A stretch of DNA of 64,000 nucleotides. Origin: Eledone cirrhosa (Eukaryota). Shown one piece after another: positions 25,328-38,200 of this stretch. The notes beneath the pieces are model-generated. The model made no database searches and was not told the origin of the DNA. It saw nothing but the letters and a program-made list of their open reading frames with translations. Position 1 is the stretch's first letter. Each line of letters opens with the position of its first letter. The position numbers and the translations under genes were made by a program. The stretch spans positions 17,298,001 to 17,362,000 of the forward strand of contig OZ024759.1 of assembly GCA_964016885.1 (NCBI GenBank). The letters run 5' to 3'.

Positions 25328-28300
25328 TATAATGACCACTTGTGGCCAAATTGGCATCACATGAACACAGAAAAGAAAATAATAATCACACATAGTGTAT
25401 ATAGAACGAAATTATCCACTATGTCCTTTTATTTCAAGAAGATACCTTGAAGTTTGAGGAATTTAAGTTACGAGGCAGATGTCTTCTCCTTGTTTAGTCT
25501 CAGATCAACTCTGAAACATACGATAAAAATATTTCATTGTTACCCAAGCCAACTTGGTTTCAAATAAAGTTTATATAGAGTGTTGGCCACCCGCAGACAT
25601 CAGTCCTGAGAGTTGGAATGACTATTTCAACAGGTCCTCCTCGTTATCCCAAGAGGTGATACATTCTCCATTCTATCGCTTGAAACAATGAGAAGGCTTG
25701 CATCTGTGGTTCTGTAACTGGGAGAGACCTCCCACACATTGTCCAGACACGTACCAGTGGTCTGGCGATGGTGGTGGTCTGTATATTATTCTAAGTTTTA
25801 TTAAAACAATTCTGTTATGTTTACTGTCTGTGACACTCGTACAGTTAACGGCGACAAGAAAAGCATTGATAGACAAGTATGAATATGTCCAAAGTAATAA
25901 CTACTGTCGGATCTATTAACCTCCCATCTGTAACAACAATTGAGCTAAAGGCGAGCGAGGAACTGCCCCCCGTAGCAGATACAAACTATGCAGTGTGGGG
26001 ATGCCTCAACAGACTAAGATATGGTATTAGATGTGTTAAATTTTGTAAAATGGGGATATTTAAAGGATGGGAACGTTCTGTGTGACTGTGGCATCCAACC
26101 ACAGATTATGCAGCACCTTCTGATATACCCCCTGTTGGAAGACCCCATCCACAACATTGGACTGACTTCGCAGAGTTTAATGAGAAAAGCGAACAATGTG
26201 TTCAGCTGTGGCAGAACCACATCTAGCCAAGCGTTTTAACTGACACTCTTGTGGACACGACATTTGAGAAATGTCACCTCTCGCAGACGTTCTAAATTAC
26301 ATTTTATATGTATATGTTGTCAAGAAAATATTTTTATTTAAATATGGGCTGCAAGTCAAATATCTGTTCGAATTCAGCTATTGACCTATTTCAGAAATAA
26401 ATCATTCGGTGTGTCTTTGTTATTCAAGTTAATAGGATGTAATCTGATGTGGATTTGGTGATTATTTCTAACAACTGTAACAACCTGTTATAGGACAACT
26501 GACAATAAAATACATGTCATGACCTCTGGTGGCTGGATCATCATTATGAAAACATAACATCAAGAAAGATAACTCTTTGACCTAGGATTTCTTTATGCTA
26601 TTTGGTTGTTATTTCTAGCAGAAAAATTCAACTTGTTATAGGACAGTTGACAATAAAATACATGTAGTGACCTCTGGTGCCTAACTTGACAACTAAAGAT
26701 GTAAACAAAGATGTGTTGCCGTACTTGTTTCGTTATTACCTGTCTTATTTTTTCTGACTTAGTAAATATAGAACCACATTATTTCCTATGTTCTCTTTAT
26801 TTCAAGACTTAAGGTGTAATTTGAGGAAAGTTTGGCTGCTTTTCCTCAAATTCCAGTGACCTGTTGGATGCCTCATTCGCTGTTCGATAGAAATACATAT
26901 ACAATAGATAACTGATGGTTAGTCCCAGGTCAGCCCTGATAGAGGAGATATATGATATAAAACATTTCAGTGATAGCCAAGTCTCCTAATTTTCAGACAA
27001 AGCTTACGTAGATCTACATCATCCAATGTGTCCCAGTTTTTCAAGATAATAGAGTAATATTTTAGTAGAGATAGCAACATGCAGAAGGTCAACGGCTAAC
27101 AAAATATATATAATGACCACTTGTGGCCAAATTGGCATCACCTGAACACAGAAAATAAAATAATAACCACACATAGTGTATATAGAATGAAATTATCCAC
27201 TATGTACTTTTATTTCCAGAAGATACCATGAAGTTTGAGGAATTTAAGTTACGAGGCAGATGTCTTCTCCTTGTTTAGTCTCAGATTAACTCTGAAACAT
27301 ACGACTAAAACATTTCATTGTTACCCAAGCCAACTTGGTTTCAAATAAAGATGGCCCGCAAGTCAAACATCTGTTCGACCTCAGCTATTGACCTATTTCA
27401 GAAATAAATCATTCGACGTGTCTTTGTTATTCAAGATAATAGGATGTAATTTGATGTGGATTTGGTGGTTATTTCTAACAACTGTAACAACCTGTTATAG
27501 GACAACTGACAATAAAATACATGTCGTGACCTCTGGTGGCCGGATCATCATCATGAAAACATAACATCAAGAAAGATAACTCTTTGACCTAGGATCTTTT
27601 TATGCTATTTGTTTGTTGTTTCTAGCAGATAAATTCAACTTGTTATAGGACAGTTGACAATAAAATACATGTAGTGACCTCTGGTGGCTAACTTGGCAAC
27701 TAAAGATGTAAACAAAGACATTTTGCCGTATTTGTTTCGTTATTATCCTGTCTTAATTTTTAGACTTATTAAATATAGAACCACAATACCTCATATATGT
27801 TCTCTTTACTTCATGATCTAAAGTGTAATTTGAAAAAGATTTGGATATTATTTCTTCCAATTTCTGTGACCAGATCGATGTCTCACTCGCTATTCGATAA
27901 AAATACATATACAATAGATAACTTTTGTTTTGTCCCAGATCAGCCCTGGTTGAGGAGACATACGATATAAAACATTTCAGTGATAACCAAACGCCCTTAT
28001 TTTCAAACATATCTTACATAGATCTACATCAACCAATGTGACCTTGTTTTTCAAGATAGTAGGGTGTAATATTATGTGTATTGGGCTACTATTTCTGGCA
28101 GAGGTAGAAACCTAATAAAGGACTACGGTTAACAAATTCCTTATAACAACCATTAGTGGCCCAATTGTCATCACCCGATGACAAAAAGTATCAAAAGAAG
28201 TCCGAGGAAACCTGATGAGAGACATTCCAATCGTGATCATCCTTTCTTTTATTGTCAGACATAGTGTACATAGAAGAAGCTAATCTAATATGTTCTTTAT

Positions 28301-28398
28301 TTCAAGACAATAAGGTGTAATTTGAGGAATATTCTAAGTTTTATTAGGATTACACTTTAGGGGAATATGTATATATATATATATACATATATATACAT

Positions 28399-28484
<86 letters not shown>

Positions 28485-29656
28485 AGAGAGAGGGGGGGGG
28501 GGGTTGAACCAGGTGTGTAGTTTAAGGTGGTTTGACATTAAAAAGCATTAGAACACTACCCAAGAGTAGAGTGGATACCTCAGGAATGCACCTTTTATTA
28601 ATTTCACAGAAAGGGCGAAAGCTCCATATTCCCATTTCTTTAATAGATGTAGACACTTTTGGAACTCTTCACAACGAATCTCTTCTTATACCTGCAAGAG
28701 AGGTGGGGACAGAGTCCTCAAGCACCTTCAAACAGGTCTTGTCAAAACCAACCATCTCCAATTGATCTGGCTGGAGCTCCAAGCAAGACCAGCAGAGGTC
28801 ATAGATGTTATCCAGCCATCTTGCTCAGAGTCAATCCATGGGTCTGCTGCCAGTTGGTTTTTGCCCTTAAAATCTGCCCAGTTATTTTTTTCTTAGACAT
28901 TCTAAACACATGTATGTAGTATGGGGGCTGCAATATCTTAATTTGGAGAACTAGTGGCTCTACTTAGAGTGACTCTCTGATCTTCAAGCTAGACACTATA
29001 TTGAGTAATGTTACTCTAAAGACCATTCAGAGGAACTCTATTTCAGTTGTTTGTACTAGTATCATGTAACCCAGTACAACCTGCTTCATGGTTGAATGGT
29101 CAGCAACTAAACTAGCTCACCCGTTAGACCCTGGCCTGGTGATAAGAGTAGGAGGAACCAAAGCAACACAAAAAACAAGAGCTGTTAAAAGATGCAGATG
29201 AACTTGTCAGATCAACGGTCATCCACCCCAACTATGAGTTAAATAGCCTCACCAACCCACAATTAACCAAGTGTGGTGAGTATGGCTACACCCTTGACAT
29301 GGCTAAAACCAAATAGAAAGTGGTGGAGGTCAACCAGGAAGGGGTTCCTCCAACAAAAGTGGGAAGGCCCTGGATTAGATTGGAACCATACTATAACTGT
29401 GTATTAACATTAATTCTATCCCAGACTTGTTAATTGTTCACTCTATTTCTGTGTCCATTTCTGCAGTGTCATCATCAGCAGTACATATGTTATAGGATGC
29501 TAATGTTCCAAAGGCAGTGAATGAGCAGAGTTGTTAGAAAGTTGGGTAGAATTTTTATGGTATCATTTTGGCTCTCTATTCTCTGAGTTCAAATCCTACC
29601 AAGGTCAATAAAAAAAGTATCAGACTAGTACTGGGGTCAATTTTTCCACCTTACAT

Positions 29657-29736
<80 letters not shown>

Positions 29737-29751
29737 AACAACAAAGAGGGT

Positions 29752-29946
29752 GTGGTAAGATACCAGGTGGAGCATAATGCACCAGAGTACTCAATAATTA
29801 GGAAATTAGGATAGTAGAGTGGGCAATTGGAAAAGAGTCAAGACCCTGAAGGCTGAGCTCCAGCCATTTTGACAGCTAGATCTGATCTAGTTCAGATCTA
29901 GCTGTCGAAACGGCTGGAGCTCAGCCATCAGGGTCTTGACTCTTTT

Positions 29947-29948
<2 letters not shown>
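29752..29948. mobile_element. Short repeat ending in a ~120 bp hairpin (29829-29948), Penelope-like end; relatives at 15230-15335 and 56643-56825
   Basis: Shared GAGTACTCTGGTGC.TTATG.TCCA.CTGG.. and CCCTGATGGC.GAGCTC.AGCCGTTTCGAC; flanked by (TA)n. Confidence 0.6.
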
Positions 29949-29986
<38 letters not shown>

Positions 29987-30631
29987 AATACATACATACA
30001 TATATATATGTATGTATATCTTCCTCACATCCATTCTTTCATTCTCTTTACTCTTCTCTAGAAGAAATCTGCTGTATTCAAACCTGGAGAGGATTGGGCT
30101 CTGCCAGGTTTAGAAATACCCTAGAAATGCTGTATGTCAATAAAGCACCCCTATGACACCCTCGGTACCTACTGTAATTAGTCTTTGCTACTAAATGGAT
30201 TTGTTTTTGGAATTGAGATTGCACAGAAGCTATGGTAGCATCTGTGTCCCTAAGCTTTTCATTAATTTAATTAGAGAGTTATATTCTTTAACAAGTTGAA
30301 GGACATTTTTCAGACATAGAATATATTTATTGTAAAATCCCACATTTTATTCACAGTTGTATAAATAAGATTACAAATTATTTATAATTCTAACAGAATA
30401 TAAACAAATAATATATACAATTAATTAATTATTAAAAATCTAAAATATAATCAAAGAGAGGGAAATATATACAACACATTATCTAAAGATGGAAGAAAAA
30501 AAGAAAAGAAGAGACAGAGACGAGCATTTGTGTAGACTCAGGAAATGCAGCTCAGTCAGAGGACTCTGGAAGCATTCAAGTTTACCAAAGATTAGCTCGT
30601 CAAAGCCTTGGAGCGATGTTAAGAATCTATG

Positions 30632-30830
30632 TGAGGGACTGACTGAAAAGTTCATAGGTTGACCGAGATATTCGAATGGAATAACCAAATCAGGCTTATT
30701 TTTCGACATAGTCTCTGGAAAAAAACGATGTAGTTATTAATGTGAAGAACTGAAATTAATGCCAGCAAGATTTCATAGCCCTAGTATCACTCCTTCATAG
30801 TCAGCCGATGGACGTTTCAGCCGACCCTCG
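30632..30830. mobile_element. Mariner-type MITE; related copy in opposite orientation at ~50665-50880
   Basis: Degenerate TIRs GAGGGACTGACTGAAAAGTTCATAGGTTGAC / GTCAGCCGATGGACGTTTCAGCCGACCCTCG; internal sequence matches 50666-50840. Confidence 0.7.
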
Positions 30831-31234
30831 AACAATAGCTAATTAATCGATAGGTAATTCCTAAGTATATATATATTTAAAAAAACAACCTTGAAGGGGC
30901 TAGATTACTAGTTTGCTATCTCGAAAGCTAGGAAAATACAGTGAGAAAAGTATATATTTAGAGAAGAATGTATATCCAAGAGTGTGTGTAGACTATATTT
31001 ATAACCAAAACAAAGTTAGATCATTAAATCGGTCCAAATTTCTATTTATTTTCAAACATAAGATATAAATTTTTAAAGACTCAGCACGAGGGATAAATAT
31101 AAAATAAGTTAGACTTTCTTTCGATAACAGTTTATTTACATAAAACTACTTTGAAGCATAAATTTTAATGAAATAATTTTAACCGACACACACGCAAATA
31201 CAAATTATGGTCAAAGGGAGATAATTGGTTAAAA

Positions 31235-31680
31235 TGAACTCTTGCATTATTCAGCCACTAGAGGTCACTACATGTATTTTTTTAACCATAGTACTCTCAA
31301 TGGCTACCCTCTTTTGCTAGAAATAGCAGCCAAATCCAACACACATTACATATTATTGTCTTGTAAAAAAATAAAAGCACACAATGTAGTTTTATATAGG
31401 TTATATCTGAGAATAAGGAGGTTTGATCACATTAAATTACTTAGATCTATATACACATGACTAAGTAGTGACATACAATCAAATACCCTAATACCGTGAC
31501 TCCTCAATCAGGGCTGACCTGAGTCTAAACAACAGCTACCTATTGTATATGTATTTCTATCCAACAACGAAGTAGACATCTATCTGGTCGCTCAAACTGG
31601 AAGAAATAGCAGCGAAATATTCATCAAATTACTCCAATAGTCTTGAAATAAAGAAAACATTTTACATAACGTGTTTATAT
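31235..31680 (-). repeat. Diverged partial copy of the macrosatellite subunit inside the spacer
   Basis: AGCCACTAGAGGTCACTACATG at ~31253 and TCAGGGCTGACCTGAGTCTAAACAACAGCTACCTATTGTATATGTATTTCTAT at ~31508. Confidence 0.7.
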
Positions 31681-32279
31681 ATATATACGATAGCCGGATT
31701 TATTTTACAGGCAAAACCATTCAGCAGGAAGCCCAGTGGAAGACCCCGAGCAAGATGGTTGGATAACATACATGGACTCAGTTGGTCTCACTTAGGTATC
31801 GAACTGGGTCAATTGGAGACGGCGGCTTTTAACAGGGCCTATTTGAAGGGTAGTTTGAAGACGCTGCCCACTAGGCGGAGAAGAGGGAGAGAAGAAGGTG
31901 ACTAAGAATGATACACATACCACTACCATCGTAACCTCAGTGTTACATGTCTAGACAATGTGGGGAGAAGGCTCTCCGAGATACTGAACACAAGGTACAA
32001 ACCTCGGGGTCCCAGCAAACAAACTAGAGATGTTCCTGTCGTTTTCCACCAATGCTTTACGTGGCATGAAAGAAATTTTAAAATAAAACTGAAAATAATA
32101 CACAGGGGTAGACCCCGAACAAGATGGTTGCATAATATTCATGAGCGTGGCTGGTCATTCTTAGAGATCCAGCCGGATCAGTTGGAGGCGATTGCTTCTG
32201 ACAAGACTAGCTGGAAGGAGTGTTTGAGGACTCTGCCCCCATGACCCTCTCAGGAATAAATGGGCGAAAAAGAGAAGAA

Positions 32280-35200
32280 CCCGTTGGATGATGTAGATCT
32301 ATGTAAGCTCGGTTTGAAAATAAGGAGGCTTTGCCATCACTAAAATGTTTTATATCGTATGTCTTCTCAATCAAAGCTGACCTGGGACTGAACATCAGCT
32401 ATCTATTGTATATGTATTTCTATCGAACAGCAAGTGAGGCATCTACCTGGGCACTGGAATAGGAAGATATAGTAGCCAAATCTTCTTAAAATTACACATT
32501 AAATCATGAAATAAAGAGAACATTAGATAATGTGGTTTTATATTAACTAAGTCTGAAAAAAAAATAACACTGGAAAATAACGAAACAAATACGGCAAAAC
32601 GTTTTTGTTTACATCTTTAGTGGTCATGTTGTCCACCAGAGGTCACTACATGTATTTTATTGTCAACTGTCCTATAAAAAGTTGAATTTTTCTACTAGAA
32701 ACAACAACCAAATAGCATAAAAAGATCCTAGGTCAAAGAGTTATCTTTCTTGATGTTATGTTTTCATAATGATGATCCAGCCACCAGAGGTCACTACATG
32801 TATTTTATTGTCAACTGTCCTATAACAAGTTGAATTTTTCTGCTAGAAACAACAACCAAATAGCATAAAAAGATCCTAGGTCAAAGAGTTATCTTTCTTG
32901 ATGTTATGTTTTCATAATGATGATCCAGCCACCAGAGGTCACGACAAATATTTTATTGTCAGTTGTCCTATAACAGGTTATTACAGTTGTTAGAAATAAC
33001 GACCAAATGCACATCAAATTACATCTTGAATAACAAAGACAGATCGGATGATGTATTTCTAAAACAGGTCATTAGCTGAGGTCGAACAGATGTTTGTCTT
33101 GTGGGCTATCTTTAAATATAAATATTTTCTTGGCAACATATAAAATATAAAATATTATCTGAGGGAGTTGATATTTCTCAAATAATGGTTACTTGTGGAT
33201 AGATCGAGAGTAGTTATTGCTTTGGACATATTCATACTTTTCTATCAATATTTTTCTTGTCACAACAGACGGTAAACATAACAGAATTCTTTAAATAAAA
33301 CTTAGAATATAGTCCAGTGGTTTATGTCTGGACAAAGTGTGTTTAACAAATAATTGTGTTATAGTTAGTAGCGCCACGAGTAATCAGTTTGGTAGAAAGA
33401 TGTGTTTATGTTTTATCGACAAACGAGTAAGATGATAATAACGTCAACAAGAAGAATGTTCGTGAGATGAAACGTATGTTTATTTTGGTTTAGCACAAAG
33501 TAATGTGTGTGTGTGTGTGTGTGTGTGTGAAGGGCTCTCTGAGTAACAGAATCCCAGGTGCAAGCCTTCTCGTTGTTTCAAGAGACAGAATGGAGAATAT
33601 ATTACCCCGTGGAATAGCAAGGGGGACTTGTTGAAATAGTCATTCCAACTCGCATGACTGATATCTGCGGGTGGCCAACACCCTATATAAACTTTATTTG
33701 AAACCAAGGTGGCTTGGGTAACAGCGAAATGTTTTTTGCCCTATGTTTCCTATATCAGAGATGATCTGAGACTAAATAACGAGGAGAAATCTACCTGGCT
33801 ACTTAAATTCCTCAAATTTAATGGTACCTTCTTGAAATAAAAAGGACATATTGGATAATTTCGTTCTATATACACTGTGTGGTTACTATTTTTTTTCTGT
33901 GTTCAGGTGATGACAATTAAGCCACAAATTGTCATTATGTGTATTTTGTTAGCCGTTGTCCTTCTGCATGTTGCTATCTCTGCTAAAATATTACTCTTCT
34001 ATCTTGAAAAACTAGGACAAATTGGATTATGTAGTTCTATGTAAGCTATGTCTGAAAATAAGGAGACTTGGGTATCACTGAAATGTTTGATATCGTATTT
34101 CTCCTCTATCAGGGCTGACCTGGGACTAAACATCAGTTATCTATTGTATATGTATTTCTATCGAACAGCGAATGAGGTATCTATCAGGTCACTGGAATTT
34201 GAGGATATAGCCGCCAAACTTTCCTCAAATTACATCTGAAGTCTTGAAATAAAAAGAACATATATGAGGTATTGTGGTTCTATATTTACTAAGTCAGAAA
34301 AAATAAGACAGGATAATAACGAAACAAATACGGCAATACATCTTTGTTTACATCTTTAGTTGTCAAGTTAGCCACAAGAGGTCACTACATGGATTTTATT
34401 GTCAACTGTCCTATAACAAGTTGAATTTTTCTGCTAGAAAGAACAACCAAATAGCATTAAAAAATCCTAGGTCAAAGAGTTATCTTTCTTGATGTTATGT
34501 TTTCATAATGATGATCCAGCCACCAGAGGTCATGACATGTATTTTATTGTCAGTTGTCCTATAACAGGTTATTATAGTTAGAAATAACAACTAAATCCAC
34601 ATCAAATTACATGGTACTATCTTGAAAAATAACAACACATTGGATGATGTATTTCTGAAACAAGTGAATAGTTGAGGTCGAACAGATGTTTGTCTTGAAC
34701 GTTATCCTTTAAATAAAAATATTTTATTGACAACATATACATATAAAATATAATTTAGAACGTGTGCGAGAGGCGACATTTCTCAAATATCGTGTCCACA
34801 AGAGTGTCAGTTAAAAAGATTGGCTAGATGTGGTTCTGCCACAGCTGAAAACATTGCTCTTTTCTCATTAAACTCTGCCAAGTTAGTCCAATGTTGTGGG
34901 GAGGTCTTCCAACAGGGGGTATATCAAAAGGTGCTGCGTAGTCTGTGGTTCGATGCTACAGTCGCACATAACGTTCCCATCCTTTAAATATCCCCATTTT
35001 ACAAGATTTAACACATCCAACACCAGATCTTAGTCTGTTGAGGCATCCCCACACTGCACAGTTTGTATCTGCTACGAGGGGCAGTTCATCGCTCGCCTTT
35101 AGCTCCATTGTTGCTACAGATGGGAGGTTAATAGATCGACCGTAGTTATTACTTTGGACATACTGCTACTTTTCTTGTCACCGTTAACTGTACAAGTGTC

Positions 35201-38200
35201 ACAACAGACAGTAAACATAACAGAATTGTTTTAATAATATACAGGCCACCACCATCGCCAGACCACTGGTACATGTCTGGACAACGTGTGGGAGGGCTCT
35301 CCCAGTTACAGAACCACAGGTGCAAGCCTTCTCATTGTTTCAAGCGATAGGATGGAGAATGTAGTACCTCGTGGGATAACGAGAAGGACCTGTTGAAATA
35401 GTCATTCCAACTCTTAGGACTGATGTCTGCGGGTGGCCAACACTCTATATAAACTTTATTTGAAACCAAGTTGGCTTGGGTAACCGCGAAATGTTTTTTT
35501 GTCCTATGTTTCCTGTTCAAAGTTGATCTGAGACTAAACAACGAGGAGAAATCTACATGGCAACTTAAAATCATCAAACTTCATGGTATCTTCTTGAAAT
35601 AAAAGGACATAGTGGATAATTTCGTTCTATATACACTATTTGTTGTTACTATTTTCTTTTCTGTCTTCAGGTGATGACAATTAAGCCACAAGTGGTCATT
35701 ATATGTATTTTGTTAGCCGTTGTCCTTCTGCATGTTGCTATCTCTGCTAAAATATTACTCTTCTATCTTGAAAAACTAGGACAAATTGGATTATGTAGTT
35801 CTATGTAAGCTATGTCTGAAAATAAGGAGACTTGGCTATCACTGAAATGTTTCATATCGTATTTCTCCTCTATCAGGGCTGACCTGGGACTAAACATCAG
35901 TTATCTATTGTATATGTATTTCTATCGAACAGCGAATGAGGTATCTACCAGGTCACTGGAATTTGAGGATATAGCAGCCAAACTTTCCCCAAATTACACC
36001 TGAAGTCTGGAAATAAAAAGAACATATATGAGGTATTGTGGTTCTATATTTACTAAGTCAGAAAAAATAAGACAGGATAATAACGAAACAAATACGGCAA
36101 TACATCTTTGTTTACATCTTTAGTTGTCAAGTTAGCCACCAGAGGTCACTACATGGATTTTATTGTCCACTGTCTTATAACAAGTTGAATTTTTCTGCTA
36201 GAAAGAACAACCAAATAGCATTAAAAAATCCTAGGTCAAAGAGTTATCTTTCTTGATGTTATGTTTTCATAATGATGATCCAGCCACCAGAGGTCATGAC
36301 ATGTATTTTATTGTCAGTTGTCCTATAACAGGTTATTATAGTTAGAAATAACAACTAAATCCACATCAAATTACATGGTACTATCTTGAAAAATAACAAC
36401 ACATTGGATGATGTATTTCTGAAACATGTGAATAGTTGAGGTCGAACAGATGTTTGTCTTGAGCGTTATCCTTTAAATAAAAATATTTTCTTGACAACAT
36501 ATACATATAAAATATAATTTGGAACGTGTGCGAGTGGCGACATTTCTCAGATATCGTGTCCACAAGACTGTCAGTTAAAAAGCTTGGCTAGATGTGGTTC
36601 TGCCACAGCTGAACACATTGCTCTCTTTTCTCATTAAACTCTGCCAAGTCAGTCCAATGTTGTGGAGGTATATCCAAACAGGGGGTATATCAAAAGGTGC
36701 TGCGTAGTCTGTGGTTCGATGCCACAGACACACAGAACGTTCCCATCCTTTAAATATCCCCATTTTACAAGATTTCACACATCCAACTCCAGATCTTAGT
36801 CTGTTGAGGCATCCCCACACTGAACAGTTTGTATCTGCTACGGGGGGCAGTTCCTCGCTCGCCTTTAGCTCCATTGTTGCTACAGATGGGAGGTTAATAG
36901 ATCCGACAGTAGTTATTACTTTGGACATATTCATACTTGTCTATCAATGCTTTTCTTGTCGCCGTTAACTGTACAAGTGTCACAACAGACAGTAAACATA
37001 ACAGAATTGTTTTAATAAAACTTTGAATAATATACAGACCACCACCATCGCCAGACCACTGGTACATGTCTGGACAATGTGTGGGAGGGCTCTCCCAGTT
37101 ACAGAACCACAGGTGCAAGCCTTCTCATTGTTTCAAGCGATAGGATGGAGAATGTAGTACCTCGTGGGATAACGAGAAGGACCTGTTGAAATAGTCATTC
37201 CAACTCTCAGGACTGATGTCTGCGGGTGGCCAACACTCTATATAAACTTTATTTGAAACCAAGTTGGCTTGGGTAATCGCGAAATGTTTTTTTGTCCTAT
37301 GTTTCCTGTTCAAAGTTGATCTGAGACTAAACAACGAGGAGAAATCTACCTGGCAACTTAAAATCATCAAACCTCATGGTATCTTCTTGAAATAAAAGAA
37401 CATAGTGGATAATTTCGTTCTATATACAATATGTGTTGTTACTATTTTCTTTTCTATATTCAGGTGATGACAATTAAGCCACAAGTGGTCATTATATGTA
37501 TTTTGTTAGCCGTTGTCCTTCTGCATGTTGCTATCTCTGCTAAAATATTACTCTTCTATCTTGAAAAACTAGGACAAATTGGATTATGTAGTTCTATGTA
37601 AGCTATGTCGGAAAATAAGGAGACTTGGGTATCACTGAAATGTTTCATATCGTATTTCTCCTCTATCAGGGCTGACCTGGGACTAAACATCAGTTATCTA
37701 TTGTATATGTATTTCTATCGAACAGCGAATGAGGTATCTATCAGGTCACTGGAATTTGAGGATATAGCAGCCAAACTTTCCTCAAATTACACCTGAAGTC
37801 TTGAAATAAAAAGAACATATATGAGGTATTGTGGTTCTATATTTACTAAGTCAGAAAAAATAAGACAGGATAATAACGAAACAAATACGGCAATACATCT
37901 TTGTTTACATCTTTAGTTGTCAAGTTAGCCACAAGAGGTCACTACATGGATTTTATTGTCAACTGTCCTATAACAAGTTGAATTTTTCTGCTAGAAAGAA
38001 CAACCAAATAGCATTAAAAAATCCTAGGTCAAAGAGTTATCTTTCTTGATGTTATGTTTTCATAATGATGATCCAGCCACCAGAGGTCACGACATGTATT
38101 TTATTGTCAGTTGTCCAATAACAGGTTATTATAGTTAGAAATAACAACTAAATCCACATCAAATTACATGGTACTATCTTGAAAAATAACAACACATTGG

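Larger units (their letters stand above)
16200..28340 (+). repeat. Left arm of macrosatellite: ~6 tandem ~1.75-1.8 kb units with degenerate margins
   Basis: Homologous ORF-track hits recur at 17829, 19582, 21357, 24937, and the same text also sits at ~23140 and ~26790; long near-identical stretches visible directly. Confidence 0.95.

Noticed and set aside
29840-29935. Hammerhead ribozyme in the Penelope-like hairpins
   Set aside because: CTGATGG/CTGAAGG and CGAAAC are present, but not in the required CUGANGA-stem II-GAAA order on one strand
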